From positions 19,902,001 to 19,966,000 of the forward strand of contig OZ024746.1 in NCBI GenBank assembly GCA_964016885.1: DNA of 64,000 bases, in the 5' to 3' direction. The notes below the pieces were generated by a model, which was not told the DNA's origin, searched no databases, and was given only the letters and a program-made list of their open reading frames with translations. The position numbers and the translations under genes were made by a program. Positions 1-13,574 of the stretch are shown here, piece after piece; position 1 is the stretch's first letter, and each line of letters begins with the position of its first letter. The stretch is from Eledone cirrhosa (lineage: Eukaryota).

Positions 1-315
1 TTCGTTACTTAATAATCCTTGCCCTTCCCCCCTTTTTCCTCTCATTTATTGTCTTTTGAAATGCTAATTTCTTTGATTGATTTCTATTGATTTGTTTCTT
101 TTGAATAATTTATATTTATTTATTACATAATTTTAATTTTTTTTAAATCTCTAGTATAAGAACTTTATTATAGTAATTTAGATAGATAGATAGATAGATT
201 TATAATTATAAAAAAGATAATATTAAGTCAACCATAGAAAAAGAAGGCAGTATTGGAAAGGACTATAAATGCCATAAACGAGAGGAAAACGGGGGGGGGG
301 GAGAAAGATGTTTAA

Positions 316-660
316 CCCTTTAGCATGTAAACCGACCGTATCCGACCAGATTTCTCACCTCTTTCTGTTCAAACTGGCTGTAACCAGCCGTTTATACTGA
401 AGTTAAGGTATTGTTCTCAAAATAAATATCAAAATCTCATAGATTCGATATTATGTGAAATAAAGTGTTTACCATGAAAATACAATAATACATATAGAGT
501 AATGTGTAGTGACCTACATTCCGCGGGCTCATGGATATCTCCTCTGACCTATTTTCTGTCAGGCGTAAACACCTCTGTCCTGTATTTAGCATCCAGACGC
601 GGGAAAGCTCAGATTCGGTTTCGAATCTTCGCCGCCGTTATAAATGTAAATTCTAAAGGG
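316..660. mobile_element. piggyBac-like MITE
   Basis: TTAA at 312-315 and 661-664 flank termini CCCTTTAG...CTAAAGGG; no ORF. Confidence 0.7.
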
Positions 661-1658
661 TTAAACGTACAAAATGGAATAAATTTGTTTCGTTAAAAAA
701 GTAACATAAACTCTCATGCTCATCTTTTTCCATTTCTTAGAGGGTTCTAAACCCCACTATCAGGCAAAAATTTCTTTAGTAAAAAAAATATGGCGAAAGC
801 TTCTATTTTTATTTCAAACTCGCTGTTTCAAAACATACTTAACAATAAACTATTTTGTTGTCTTTTTAACCAATTAAATACAATTTAAAACCCAGTGGCA
901 GTTTTAACACAAAACCCGGGACTGAAATGTATTTTGAAAAAATATCGTTTATGTAGAGTAGACAATGTGAATACATTTGGACTTAGACTGATACAGCTAC
1001 CTCTGATCATCCCCACTAATTCCGTACACCATGACCTCAATTTTCTGACATTTCCCTTACTGACCTGAAATCTCCTTATTTCCTTTGCCTCCCACCATTC
1101 CTTTCCTCAGCACAAAAGAACGAAGTCTTACTTTCCTCAGCACAAAAGAAAGAAGTCTTACTAAACTGTAGTAGCATTAAGATTAGTCACATTGGTGAAA
1201 TGGTAGAATACCAGTCCAGTAGGGTTTATATTTTAAAAATATTTTTTACAAACCATGAACATTAAGTTTAGGTTTTAATCTAGTGGGTTCTGTGTGTTCA
1301 TATCCAATAAATAATATAAAGCTTGAAAGTTGTTTTTTTTTATTTACCTATTATTATTGTATACTTTTTTTTTTATTATCACCAAAAAATATCGTCATAT
1401 TTTTTCTATGAATATAATAATATAATGCTTACAGAATGACAATATAGACACAAATAATATATACAGTACTTAATGAAAATATAAACACACATAATAAATA
1501 AAATAAATTGTTGCTAGGAACCTTATAAATATAATGCACAAAAATATATGATCAAAGCGAGAGAAAAAACAAACAACAACTCATCTATTCATTTTTTTAA
1601 CCCTTGAAATAGTTTTCATGTCTCATGGAAACCTTGCATAAAGATTATTATATACTAT

Positions 1659-1716
1659 TGTACCAGTAATGCACTGGTTAATTGCTGGCCTTGTGCCAAA
1701 AGTAGAAACAATTATT
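1659..1716 (+). mobile_element. 3' fragment of tRNA-derived SINE family A
   Basis: GTACCAGTAATGCACTGG...GGCCTTGTGCCAAAAGTAGAAACAATTATT matches the 3' end of full copies (e.g. 28811-29003). Confidence 0.7.
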
Positions 1717-2267
1717 AATATGGTTATTTTTTGTTGTTGTTTGTGTGTATTTTACCGACATCGTAGCGACGAGAAATGACGTAGTTTTAAATAATATAAG
1801 AGGTTGAAGCCTATATCATAATAACCAAGGATTTTCGAACAATATGTCGCTCTTGTATAGTAAAATTACGAATATGAAATAAAACAAAAGTTACTCAGAA
1901 ATGCATTAGCTTATTTATTACTGTTTCTCACGGAACCCCTAGCGACCTCTTCGGAACCCTATGGTTCAGGGAAAAACCGGTTGAGAAACGTTGGTCTAGA
2001 GTCAAGACTAGGGGAAACTAAATCACTTTGTGAGTCGCATTCGACTCTTTTGGCTTTAAATGTGCGGCTTGTGGAAATATATTGACCGAATTCCTATTTT
2101 AATGACAGTTAATATAACTCTCTCTACCTCCCCCTCTCTTTTTCTCTGGAAGAATTCTACTGTATTAAGGCCCGGAGAGGAGATGAACTCCGCCTGGTAT
2201 TAAAATGCCCTAGAAACGCCGTATGTCCCTACGACTCCCTTGGGGGTTACGGGACGATACATACATC

Positions 2268-2637
2268 TATAGCGAAGATACTGGGTTGTATGAATGTAAC
2301 AAGGAATACATTGTTTGTGTAGATAATATTTAATTAACAATGGTAGATAGTATAGTTGACATGTCAAAGTAATAGATGATAGAATGAAGCAAAGTTAGTA
2401 GTTACCGTTTTGATTGCCAGGCAAACGCGGCTGGCAGAGGACGCCTGGCTAAGGCCAGGCGTCTGTTGGCCAAATGAATGGCAGAGCCAAATGAGAGGCT
2501 CTTGACCTGGTGCCGAAAAGGCAATGAGAGAGTGAGAACTTAAAGTTGTTAGTTTTATAGGGTTCTGACCGGAAGTTGCAGAAAGGGTTCTACTTCCCGT
2601 CTAGATCTTAATCCAAACAAGGGAGACAACCGCTACA
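2268..2637. mobile_element. solo LTR
   Basis: Termini TATAGCG...CGCTACA (near-perfect TG..CA inverted ends) flanked by 4-bp direct repeat CATC. Confidence 0.6.
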
Positions 2638-3177
2638 CATCTTTGTGTTAGCTATTTCCTTTATTTTCGGTTTCTCGTATTTTCCTAGTTATTGTTACTA
2701 AGCAACGTTTGTTTTAGTCACCTACCAACAATTTAGTTTTGCAGACGACTTGTATTGATTTACAACGCTGTCGTCAGGTAGCTTGTGATAAGAATACCAT
2801 AACTTTTACTCTATTCATTTAGATAAACTGGCAGAAATCTTTTATTCTAGACAGAATCAATGGATATTGATATATCTTTATTTTATAATGACATTCAGAA
2901 GCGTTGAAGTGGCAGAAACCTGTCGAATCAATTAAATATGTACCAGATATGTGCTGAGAATTATTCATTCAATCGACTCTACCCAGAGGCATAATTAGGG
3001 TATGGCAAACATGGCATGTCATGGGTGCCATTTAGACTAGGAGCACTTTCTAGGAAGGTCAGATAAGATATCGCCGGAGTGTGAAACCCCCAAAACTTCA
3101 GATGTATGATCTGTCTATGATTATCGTGAGTGAGAAGCACTATGGTGGTTGGATAATTAAATCAGTTATATAAATTA

Positions 3178-3910
3178 CTAGCCGAATTACCCGCGCCTTG
3201 CTGCGTTTCATACATTTTTTTGTAAGAAAATGATGATTGATTTTAAATCAGTGATATAATTTATGGAGAACAACTCTGCATTTCAATATTACTCAATGTA
3301 AAATGTAATGCATGAAAAATTGGAAAACATTATTTTTTGTAATATGTCAAATCAAAATTACATTATTAAATCTTATTCTTATTTTGTTACGAGTAAATCA
3401 TTTTTTTAAAAATATCAATTCAAAATTTGATCATTTCATTTTTGTGTAAAGCATTATTTTTAAATTAGAAATTCAAAGTTTAATTATTTATTTTTTAACA
3501 TAATAAATACATGAAAATATATTCCATACTTTGTCCTAATGAAGAACTTTAGGGTAAACAACATTTCTTGATTGGCTAAAATGATCAGATTTTTTTAAAG
3601 CTTCACTGGGAACTGCAGCCTCTTAAATGTAAAAGGCAACTCGCTATCACTTGGTATAAGTGGAATCCTCGGAATGAGAAGAGCTTGACTTTTGTAAGCC
3701 CCGAATATAATGTTTGCTTCAATCAAGTTCTTATGCAATCTTGTTACAACATATCTTGTTCCATTTATTGGCCTAAATTTTCACTATAGGGGGTTTAACA
3801 TTATTGTACCCTGGGCAATGTAGTTTCAGAATATGGTTATGGGGGGGTCTATCTCCAAAACCATAGGAGGAGTTCGTGAACAAACAAACAAACAGATAGG
3901 AACTACCACT
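3178..3910 (-). mobile_element. non-autonomous Helitron-like element, family 1 (5' tip lost)
   Basis: CTAG 3' terminus at 3178-3181 next to a GC-rich subterminal motif; both ends homologous to 11190-11996. Confidence 0.65.
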
Positions 3911-4244
3911 CTCTCACTGTATTTCTTTCTCAACTTTTGGTATAAAAAAATTGGTTTTGGATTACGAATATTTCGGGTGACGTCCACGAATGGCCTTCAG
4001 GAACGAATTGTTCGTGAACCAAGGTTTCACCATATATATATGTGTGTAGGTAATTCCGAAGGAAAAGCAATAGAAAAAAGTGCTCTATGTATAGAACAGA
4101 GCTATTTAATTAGAATGTGTACAACACAAAATATAACTACTCCGTTGCCAAAGGTTTCTGGATCCCAGACAATATTAATATACGTCTGGATCGGTCGTCA
4201 GACAGAGATGTTATGGATAAAAAATATGGAAAATATATATATAT

Positions 4245-4515
4245 GAAAATTGCTTTCACTTCAATTTATAAATTTATAAATTTCCGGTTGGTTGGTTGGT
4301 TCCACAACCAGATGATTGTTCATATATTGTCAAAGTTCTTTCGTCACACATTCTGTGACCTCTTCAGTGACTGGGGATTCTTTTCTTTGTTCTGTCCTAC
4401 GCCATCTTGTTTTTGTGTTTGTTGTGTGCTTAGTTTGCGCATGTGTTACATCCGGGTGTCTGTGTGTGTTTATATTTGTTTATTTATTTGTTTATTTACA
4501 TGTTACTGGTTGGTT
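4245..4515 (-). mobile_element. PLE pseudo-LTR fragment
   Basis: Reverse complement of about 40470-40775. Confidence 0.8.
4329..4372 (-). ncRNA. minimal type I hammerhead ribozyme (PLE pLTR copy)
   Basis: Minus strand: GTCA-CTGAAGA-G-GTCACA gaatg TGTGAC-GAAA-GAAC-TT-TGAC. Confidence 0.65.
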
Positions 4516-4560
4516 ATTATATTTACATGTTATTTGTTTATTTACATGTTACATGTTAGT

Positions 4561-4930
4561 ATTAGAACAGGGGGAAATAACTCACCGAACGCGATAGTTT
4601 TGGGGCCACAGGGACCACATTTTTCAAGTTAGAGATTTGAAACCTCGTCTATTTGCTTCCTTGGCACTTTTTACATAGGTGTGTAAATTTCCATGTCCGT
4701 CCGACCATGTCTACTACCATTTAACCGTGCACATCTGAATTTCAACCTCCGCCCATTTCACAAATATATATTAGATATATAATTATATATTCGTGTACAA
4801 ATATTTTTGCATACACAATAACAAATGTAAATAAGCGTATTTATTTAACGAGGCTCAATAAGGATAAATATATATCAAATATATAAGAACCCTAGAGCAA
4901 ATCCCGAGTAACGCCGGGCCATTCTGCTAG
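4561..4930 (+). mobile_element. non-autonomous Helitron-like element, 3' part
   Basis: Subterminal hairpin CCCGAGTAACGCCGGG followed by CTAG|T at 4927-4931; left boundary uncertain. Confidence 0.55.
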
Positions 4931-4945
4931 TATGTATATATATAT

Positions 4946-5402
4946 CAAAAGGCAAAGAGCTCTTAAGAGTCAATGGCCATCCAAAATCACCGGGAGAGAT
5001 GACCCCTTAGCCTTTGTCAGGGCAGAATTCTAGGAGAAGGAAAACTCTGATATAACACCTGCAACCCTGATGATATCCAATGATGTTGACTTGTTCTTCT
5101 TTTTGGTAAATATCATCTTGGTTAAGAGAGTGGGACTGGCTTTGTGCAGTGCCTTTGCTCACTATAAAAGCTTCACGGCACAGGCATTGCTTTATATCTG
5201 GAGATCTCTCTGCACTTGTCGTCACATGGTACCATGGGCCCAGCACTATGGGTCAATAATTGTCACTAGTGTAGTGTTTGTACCAGAGTTTTCAAGTCGC
5301 TGGCTGGACTAAAAAGTCACACTCGTTCAGCGCATCGGTAGGGGTTCTCCTACATGGATATAAAGTAGTGGCCGTACTCGAAAACGAGTTGGCAGCCACC
5401 AT
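4946..5402 (+). mobile_element. bipartite RTE-derived non-autonomous element (5' truncated)
   Basis: Near-identical to the reverse complement of 20976-21430; 3' part encodes a C2H2 finger remnant, then a stem-loop and (ATGT)n tail. Confidence 0.75.
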
Positions 5403-5961
5403 GTATGTATGGATTTTTGTATGTATGTATGTGTATATATATATATATATATAAATATATATATACCCAAGGAGTGTGACACGAAGTTACTGTAGGTTCA
5501 CCCAGGTGAGCACTCGATATTTAGGTTCGCGTCTGTAGCGAGATGTAGAGCTGACAGAGTGTAATAATACAAGGACGATTGGTTAAGCCTTCATTACGAT
5601 TATTGATTGGTGACGCGCGTTTCGCTATTGATCAGTTCAAGGTTCGATCTGTTCCTCTATTCGCACGTTCTTATGTTCAAAATGAATTATTGACTTGATT
5701 TTCTCATTTTTTCCTCTCTTTACGTTGCTTCACCATTCGTGATTATTTACCTGTCTCTCTTTCTCCACCCAACTCTTTTTATTCGAATTACTTAATTTAG
5801 TTATTGCATTGCCCTAGCCGGAAGTATATGGTCTGTAATGCGAAGAAATACCTATGATGGCTAGTAGACCCCTGATGACGGATAGTCCTGGCTTCTATTT
5901 TAATACTTCATTTATTATATATATCATATTTGCAACAACACAGCCCGCCATTTTTCATTCA

Positions 5962-6041
<80 letters not shown>

Positions 6042-6059
6042 CATACATAGACCCAGGCA

Positions 6060-6916
6060 GGCAAAACACCTAGATGTGACAACAAGTGCAGACTGCAGAA
6101 TTAACATCGAAGATGTCACCCATGTCATAAGCAGCTGTCCAAAGATATCATCACGGTACTATCTACCTATGAGGCATGATGTAGTGGCCAAACCACTGTA
6201 CAATGCAATCCGTAGAAAAGATACCCACGATAATAGACACATTAAAAGCTACAGCTATGTGGAAGACATACATATACATAATATGAAAGGGTACTGGTGG
6301 AATGTTCCAGTAAAAACCCCAATAAAATGCAGCCATAACAGACCAGATGTTATGATATGGGACACGGAAAAGAAGGCATGCACAGTAGTGGAAATTAGCT
6401 GTCCAGCAGATGTCAATATAATATCAAAGATTACCGAAAAGGAGAATATTTATGCAGAACTAATGAGAAATCTGCAGATACTCCACCCTGATTACACCTT
6501 CAGATTTATGCCTGTGATTATTGGGGCACTGGGATATGTTAGTAACTGCCTCAATACAAATCTTGAGAAACTGGGCTTCACAGAAACAGAAAGAACACAA
6601 CTAGTTAGGAAACTACAAGTACAATCCATTAATGGAACAGTAAAAAATATGTAAAACATTCCCAAAATGTTGCATCTAGCAACTACATATACATAAGTAT
6701 GCACATGTATGCACATGCACACATACAACTAAAAACATCCACATCCACACATACAATAACACCCATACCTGCACACACATGTATGCATGCAGACATACAG
6801 ACATATCTACCTAGTTGATGTTGTGTAAATTCCAATGAGAGAGTCTTGTGTCTATGTTAGAAACCGACTCTCTTTCTATTGGCAAATATTTGTGCAATTA
6901 TAAAACCAGAAGAACA
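6060..6916 (+). mobile_element. 3' fragment of R4/Dong-like non-LTR retrotransposon (CCHC knuckle + restriction-like endonuclease + 3'UTR)
   Basis: ORF 5854..6654 contains CR..EDVTHVISSCP, RHDVVAK, NRPDVMIWD...VVEISCP (PD-(D/E)xK); 3'UTR ends CCAGAAGAAATA-like junction into CATA repeats. Confidence 0.8.
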
Positions 6917-7376
6917 TACATGCATGCATGCATATATTCACATAACTTAAGTTTGATAACTTTGATAGGTTTCAGCCAATATTGGCGCAGGTCACGTGGG
7001 GCAAATGAACAAAAGCATCAACTTCCTCTTCAGCTAGCCCCTGAGCAATGAAATTTCGGGTATATGGTGTTGCATTATATTGAGCCCAGGCCGCAGAGCA
7101 GCTTAGAAGAAGCCGTTGGAAAGATGTATATCAGACTACACTACATAGAATCATTGGACAATACGTGAGTCTATTTCGACTGGAAACTGAACAGGATATG
7201 GTGCAGACAAGTTGAGTAAATGTTAACACTTTCATCAAAAAAGAGGAGGGAAAGAGAGAGAAAGAGAGAGAGAGAGAGAGTCAGACAAAGAGAGGAGGGT
7301 GACTGCACTAATAAGTAAATAATTAATGAACAGAAGAGCGACTTACACTACGCACATACATACGCACGCACATATG

Positions 7377-7431
<55 letters not shown>

Positions 7432-7433
<2 letters not shown>

Positions 7434-7474
7434 TCTTCTGGATTTATTTAATATATTTTCACAATGGAGAGAAT

Positions 7475-7535
<61 letters not shown>

Positions 7536-7760
7536 GGTTGCTAACATAGACACAAGACTATCATTGGAATTTAGATAACACCAACTAGGTAACTACGTTT
7601 GTATGTTTGTATGTGTGTGTGGGTATGTGTATGTCTGTATAGGTGTGTGTGGCTATGTGTGCAGGTATGGGTGTTATGGCATGTGTGCATCTGTATGTTT
7701 TGAGTTATATGTGTACAAGTGTATAAGTCTCTTTATCTACATGTGTATATGCAGTTGTAT
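7432..7760 (-). mobile_element. R4/Dong-like 3'UTR fragment
   Basis: Diverged reverse complement of 6680-6916. Confidence 0.6.
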
Positions 7761-7779
7761 GTATGTATGTATCTATGTA

Positions 7780-7971
7780 TGCACTTGTCGTCACATGGTT
7801 TCCATGGGCCCAGCACTATGTGTCAATATTTGTCACAAGTGTAGTGTTTGTACCAGAGTTTTCAAGTCGCTGGCTGGACTAAAAAGTCACACTCGTTCAG
7901 CGCATCGGTAGGGGTTCTCCTACATGGATATAAAGTAGTGGCCGTACTCGAAAACGAGTTGGCAGCCACCA
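7780..7971 (+). mobile_element. 3' half of bipartite RTE-derived element
   Basis: Matches 5211-5402; encodes CHKCSVCTRVFKSLAGLKSHTRSAHR. Confidence 0.75.
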
Positions 7972-8030
7972 TATGTACGTATGTATGTATGTATGTATGT
8001 ATGTATGTACGTATGTATGTATGTATGTAT

Positions 8031-10440
8031 GTGAAACTAATCACTAAACGTAAAATCCGGGCTCCTGGTGTTGCCCTGCCCAGAAAATTGAATGCTGCTC
8101 GTCTTAAGGATAAAAATGTGAAGAGGACATTGCAAGAAGAGATGCAGGTTGCAGATCTTGGTTAGGATTGGCCGACCCTTAAAAAGTCGGTTTATGATGT
8201 AGGTGGGCGTGTTCTGGGATTGGTGCAGAGAAAACATCAGGACTGGTTTAATGAGAATGATGTACATATAGAGGACTTGTTGGCTGATAAGAGGCGTGCT
8301 CTGTCACGCTACTTGACGGCAAAACCACAGGAGAAGAGTACGTTGCATAAGGAACTCAAGGATGTGAAATCACGTGTTAGGCGGAGTCTTTCTCAGATGA
8401 ACGATTAGTGGTGGAGTGAGAAGGCTGGTGAGATACAAACTGCGTCAGATTCCAATAACACAAAGCTGTTGTACAGTCTCTTGCGTGAAGTTTATGGACC
8501 GTCTTCTTCTCTGGTGACACCGCTTCGCAGCAAGGATGGCAAAGAACTTCTTCGTGACTCACAAGGAATTCTACGAAGGTGGAGAGAGCACTTTGATCAT
8601 CTTTTGAATCAGCCGTCTGTCGTCAATGAAGATTTCCGCAATCTCATTCCAGAAAGTCTTGTGAAAGTAGCTCTCGCAGAACCTCCGACGCTTGTGGAGG
8701 TTGCAGTGGCTATCTCGAAGCTGAACAGTGGAAGGTCTCAAGGTATGGATGGCATACAAGCTGAGCTCCTACAATATGGTGGTGAGAGACTCCTGCAACA
8801 CCTTCACTCTTTGTTTGGCAGGATATGAGCTAATGAATCCGTACCTGAGGACTGGAGAGATGCAGTAATGGTGGTCTTGTACAAGAGAAAGGGTAACAGG
8901 AATGATTGTGGGAGCTACAGAGGTATATCATTGCTTTCTGTCGTAGGGAAAGTTTTATGTAGGGTGCTTCTGGACCGTCTGCTGACACACATTGCAGATT
9001 GTGTTCTTCCTGAAAGTCAATCTGGTTTTCGTGCTTGACGCGGCACTACTGATATGATCTTCTCAGCTAGACAGCTCCAGGAGAAGTGCATGGAACAAGG
9101 TTTGGATCTGTATCAGGTTTTTGTCGATCTGACAAAAGCTTTCGATATTGTTAACAGAAATGCATTATGGAAGGTTCTCCAGAAACTTGGTTGCCCTAAT
9201 AAGTTCCTTGCTTTAGTTAGGTCTTTCCATGACGACATGAAGGCTTGGGTTAATGTCGGAGGTAACATGTCGGAGCCTATCTCAGTAAAAAAATGGAGTG
9301 AAACAGGGGGATATTCCAGCACCGACCCTGTTTGCCATATACTTTGCAATGGTTTTCTGTATTGCATTCAGGAATTGCGAGCATGGTGTTTACATCCGAT
9401 ATCGAACCTCAGGCAGCATATTTAACATCAGGCGCTTTGCTGCAAAGACAAAAGTATTTACATCAATCATAAGATACCTCTTGTATGCAGATGATTGCGA
9501 TCTTGTAGCGCACACAGAGAGTGATATGCAGCACATTTTGAATGCATTTTCTGACGCTTGCATTGTTCTAGGATTGACTGTCAGTCTCAAGAAAACCGTC
9601 ATCATGTACCAACCTGCCCCTGGTAAGCAGTACAGTAAACCAAATATCTATGTGTATGGTAAACGACTTGGAGTGGTTGATCAGTTTGTCTACCTGGGAA
9701 GCACTGTCAACAACCTTGATAGTGAAATCTCACTTAGGATTGGGAAAGCAAGTGATGCTTTCGGAAAGCTAGAAAGGCGACTCTGGGGTCGGCGAGACAT
9801 ATGCAAGAAGACAAAGGTAAAGGTGTACAAGGCATGTGTGCTCTCTTCTCTTCTTTATGCCTGCGAGACCTGGGTCACATATCGAAACCACCTTAAGCAA
9901 ATGGAGCGTTTCCATCAGATGTGTCTCAGACGGATCCATGGCGTTCACTGGAGGAACCACATCAGTGATGTCGAGATTTTGGAAAGCTCTATGTGTGACA
10001 GTATAGAAGCTCTTGTGCTTAAGCAACGACTCCGTTGGAGTGGTCACCTTGCCAGGATGAAGGATTCTAGAATACCAAAACAACTCTTTTATGGAGAGTT
10101 AGTTAAAGGAAAACGATAGCCACATAAACCAAAAAAGAGGTATAAGGATTCCTTGAAAGCCTTTTTGAAAGACGCTAACATCTCTGCTGATACATGGGAA
10201 AATATTGCTGCTGATCGTAATAAATGGAGAAAGACTGTATATGAGGGAAAAGTTGCCTTTGAGGTATCTCGAATCGCATACGAGAAACTAAAGCGGGATG
10301 TGAGGAATGGCATTGCTGTTGCACTTCCAGACGGCGAGGGTCCTCCTATGGTGCTAACATGCAGCGTCTGTGCGAGACTCTGCCTAAGCAAAGCTGGACT
10401 CGAAAGTCATCTTCGCAGTCATAAAGTAAGACTAACATAG
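8031..10440 (+). mobile_element. RTE-clade (BovB-like) LINE, 5' truncated, disrupted RT ORF
   Basis: ORF pieces 8220-8408, 8469-8828, 9054-9300, 9298-10119, 10153-10440 give FVDLTKAFD, KQGD..APTLF, LLYADD, FVYLGS, RLRWSGH and C-terminal CSVC..SHLRSH; several in-frame stops and a frameshift. Confidence 0.92.
9298..10119 (+). pseudogene. RTE reverse transcriptase, catalytic and C-terminal part
   Basis: YADD catalytic motif, QGD motif, YLGS thumb motif. Confidence 0.88.
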
Positions 10441-10986
10441 ACACAAGACTCTCTCATTGGAATTTACACATCAACTAGGTAGATATGTATGTATGCATGT
10501 GTAGATATGGATGTTATTGTATGTGTGGATGTGTATGTTTTGAGTTGTACGTGTGCATGTGTATATGTTTTGTATCTGTACACGTATATATGCAGTTATT
10601 AGATGCAACATTTTTGGAATGTTTTACATATTTTTACTGTTCCATTAATGGATTGTACTTGTAGTTTCCTAACTAGTTGTGTTCTTTCTGTTCCTGTAAA
10701 GCCTAGCCTCTCAAGATTTGTATTGAGGCAGTTACTAACATATCCCAGTGCCTCAATAATCACAGGCATAAATCTGAAGGTGTAATCAGGGTGGAGTATC
10801 TGCAGATTTCTTATCAGTTCTGCATAAATATTCTCCTTTTCACTAATCTTTGATATTATATTGGCATCTGCTGGGCAGCTAATTTCCACTACTGTGCATG
10901 TTTTCTTCTCCCTGTCCCATATCATAATATCTGGTCTGTTATGCCTGCATTTTATTGGGGTTTTTACTGGAACATTCCACCAGTAC
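10432..10986 (-). mobile_element. R4/Dong-like endonuclease + 3'UTR fragment
   Basis: ORF 10599..10925 MIWDREKKTCTVVEISCP... nearly identical to the 6290-6860 copy. Confidence 0.8.
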
Positions 10987-11189
10987 TGTATGTATGTATG
11001 TATGTATGTATGTATGTATGTATGTATGTATGTATGTATGTATGTATATACGTACGTATGTAAGTATGTATGTTACATGAAAACCGCAAAATAAATATTT
11101 GAGAAAGAAACTATGTAGAGGAATATGTTTATATGTACATTACGTTTAAAATGTGTTTATTTATACATTAGAATGTGTTTATATATACA

Positions 11190-11996
11190 CTAGCCGAATT
11201 ACCCGCGCCTTGCTGTGTTTCACACATTTTTTTTTTTTTTAATAAGAAAATGATGATTGATTTTGAATCAGTGATTTATGGAGAACAACTCTGCATTTCA
11301 ATCTAACTCAATGTAAAATGTAGCGCATGAAAAATTGGAAAACATTATTTTTTGTAATATATCAAATCAAAATTACATTATTAAATCTTATTCTTATTTT
11401 GTTTCTTGTAAATAATTTTTTTCAAAATATCAATTCAAAACTTGATCATTTCATTTTTGTGCAAAGCATTATTTTCAAATTAGAAATTCAAAGTTTAATT
11501 ATTTATTTTTTAACATAATAAATACATGAAAATATATTCCATATATTCCTAATGAAGAACTTCAGGGTAAACAACATTTCTTGATTGGCTAAAATATAGA
11601 GATTTTTTGAAGTTCCAGTCCTTGAAACAGCCACATAAAACATGCCATGACTGAAACATGGGTTTGTCAGATCTATACCAATAGTTTTGAAAGTTTGACC
11701 TTGACTCTTATTGATATTTCAAAATATCAATTCAAATCTTTTGTGAATAGGCATCATATCTTGTCATTTACCTATGGTTTAAATTTCATATAAATCGAAG
11801 GGAAAACAATTTCAGCGGGGGTTTGTGCCCCCGGGGATCCCTTTGATTAAAATGAAATATACTTATCCAAGTACCCTGGGCAATGTAGTTCCAGAATATA
11901 TATGGTTATGGGGGTCTATCTCCAAAGCTATAGGCGTTCGTGAACAAAAAAAAAACAAAAAAAAACAGACAGGAACTACCACTTTATATAAATAGA
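11190..11996 (-). mobile_element. non-autonomous Helitron, family 1, complete
   Basis: Minus strand A|TCTATTTATATAAAG ... GCGCGGGTAATTCGGCTAG|T: 5'-TC, 3'-CTAG, A/T insertion site, no TSD. Confidence 0.75.
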
Positions 11997-12014
11997 TTAC
12001 GTGACACTCCCTGG

Positions 12015-12055
<41 letters not shown>

Positions 12056-12121
12056 TAGATAGATATACATACATACATACATACATAATACATACATACA
12101 TACATACATACCCCCCCCCCC

Positions 12122-12166
<45 letters not shown>

Positions 12167-12498
12167 ATTCGTGTAAGGGTCATACACTATCTGATATTGA
12201 TTTCTTTATAAGTACAAGGCTATAAATTTTCAAAGAGGACAACAGTCGATTGGATCAATCTTAATACATTCTATGAACTTTATCGATCTGGGCAAATGAT
12301 TGTCAGGCCAGCAATCTGTTGCGATGCTATTACCATTTACTTACTTACTCTTTCTGTTTTACTGTCATTAAGAAAAAAAAATGTTATTGTAATTCCAAAG
12401 AGGAAGGAGTGCTTAATTCCATGGAGGATTTCTCATTGTAGCATATTGAGTGAATGTGGAGTGGTAAATGCTTAATTTAGTGTTCATTGTTATTATTT

Positions 12499-12940
12499 GG
12501 CGGCGATGGATTGGCGGTGGATCGGCAATAATCGGTAGAGCGTCAGACAACATTCTTTGCGGTATAGACTTGCGTCCCTTTATGTTTTCAGTTCAAATCT
12601 CGTCGAGGTTAACTTTGCCTTTCATCCTTACGGGTCGATAAAATAAAGTACCAGTAACGCACTGAGGTCGATTTAATCGCCCCCCCCCCCATCAAATGTT
12701 GGCCTTGTGCCCGCCCAGATCAGAAACCATTATTATTTGGACACGAAAAGGGCGGTGAATCGGCAGTATCGGTAGAGGGTTGGACGTCATACTTTCTAGC
12801 ATAGTTATGTCCCTTTACAGTCTGAGTTCAAATCCCGCCGAGGTTAACTTTGCCTTTCATCCTTACGGGGTCCATAAAATAAAGTACCAGTAATGTACTG
12901 TGTAATTGCTGGCCTTGTGCCTAAAGTAGAAACAATTATT
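12499..12940 (+). mobile_element. two tandem SINE family A copies
   Basis: A-box-like GGCAGTATCGG, B-box GAGTTCAAATCC, central GCCTTTCATCCTTACGGGGTCGATAAAATAAAGTACCAG (resembles the Meta SINE domain, from memory), ATT tail. Confidence 0.8.
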
Positions 12941-13119
12941 ATTTGGTCACGATATATTGGCTAGAAAGAAATCTATCGACGTTGAAGCTTTTTAATGTTG
13001 AATTTTAGATTTTAAAAAGAAATGATTTAATAAATGTTATTGTTTAATCTAATGAGAAGTGATAATCACTATAATAAATTTTGCAAACATTCACAGGCTA
13101 ATAGATTCATTATTGAGTG

Positions 13120-13574
13120 CAGGGCCGGTTTTTAGAAATCTAAAATATCTCTCTAGAGCCCCGAGGTTCATCAAGCCATTCTTATCCCGGTTTCCGTGGC
13201 GTGAAGTGACTGAGAGTACAACACTCCCCATAGACAGGACGCCAGTTAATGGGTTAAACCTCCAGCTATTGCTGCTGGTACACATTTTCAGATGAGTATA
13301 CTGGAGCAACGTGAAATGAAATGTTTTGCTCAAGAACACAACACACAACCCAGTCCAGGAATCGAACCCATGACATTATGATCATAAGTGCAACACCCTT
13401 ACCACTGGTTACGCGCCTCCACGGCATTTAGAGATGTGGGACCTAATTGGTGCTCCATATATATTTTAATGTGTGAACTTGGCAAGTCGATAGCAAATTA
13501 CTCTAGTACAGAGCTTTGAGCGGCGCCTGGGCCAAATAGCAGTAATTAGTTTAATTGCCTTAAGTCTGGTCCTG
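13120..13574. mobile_element. hAT-type MITE with nested SINE
   Basis: TIRs CAGGGCCGG / CTGGTCCTG; 8-bp TSD ATTGAGTG / GTTGAGTG. Confidence 0.7.
13165..13421 (-). mobile_element. tRNA-derived SINE family B (CORE-like)
   Basis: Minus strand tRNA-like head CCAGTGG..GGTTCGATTCC then GTGTTCTTGAGCAAAACA; homologous to 13898-14240. Confidence 0.75.

Noticed and set aside
7848-7911. Host C2H2 zinc-finger gene
   Set aside because: Single finger remnant inside a multicopy RTE-derived repeat
12750-12840. tRNA genes
   Set aside because: A/B boxes belong to SINE heads; no cloverleaf, and they continue into the SINE body
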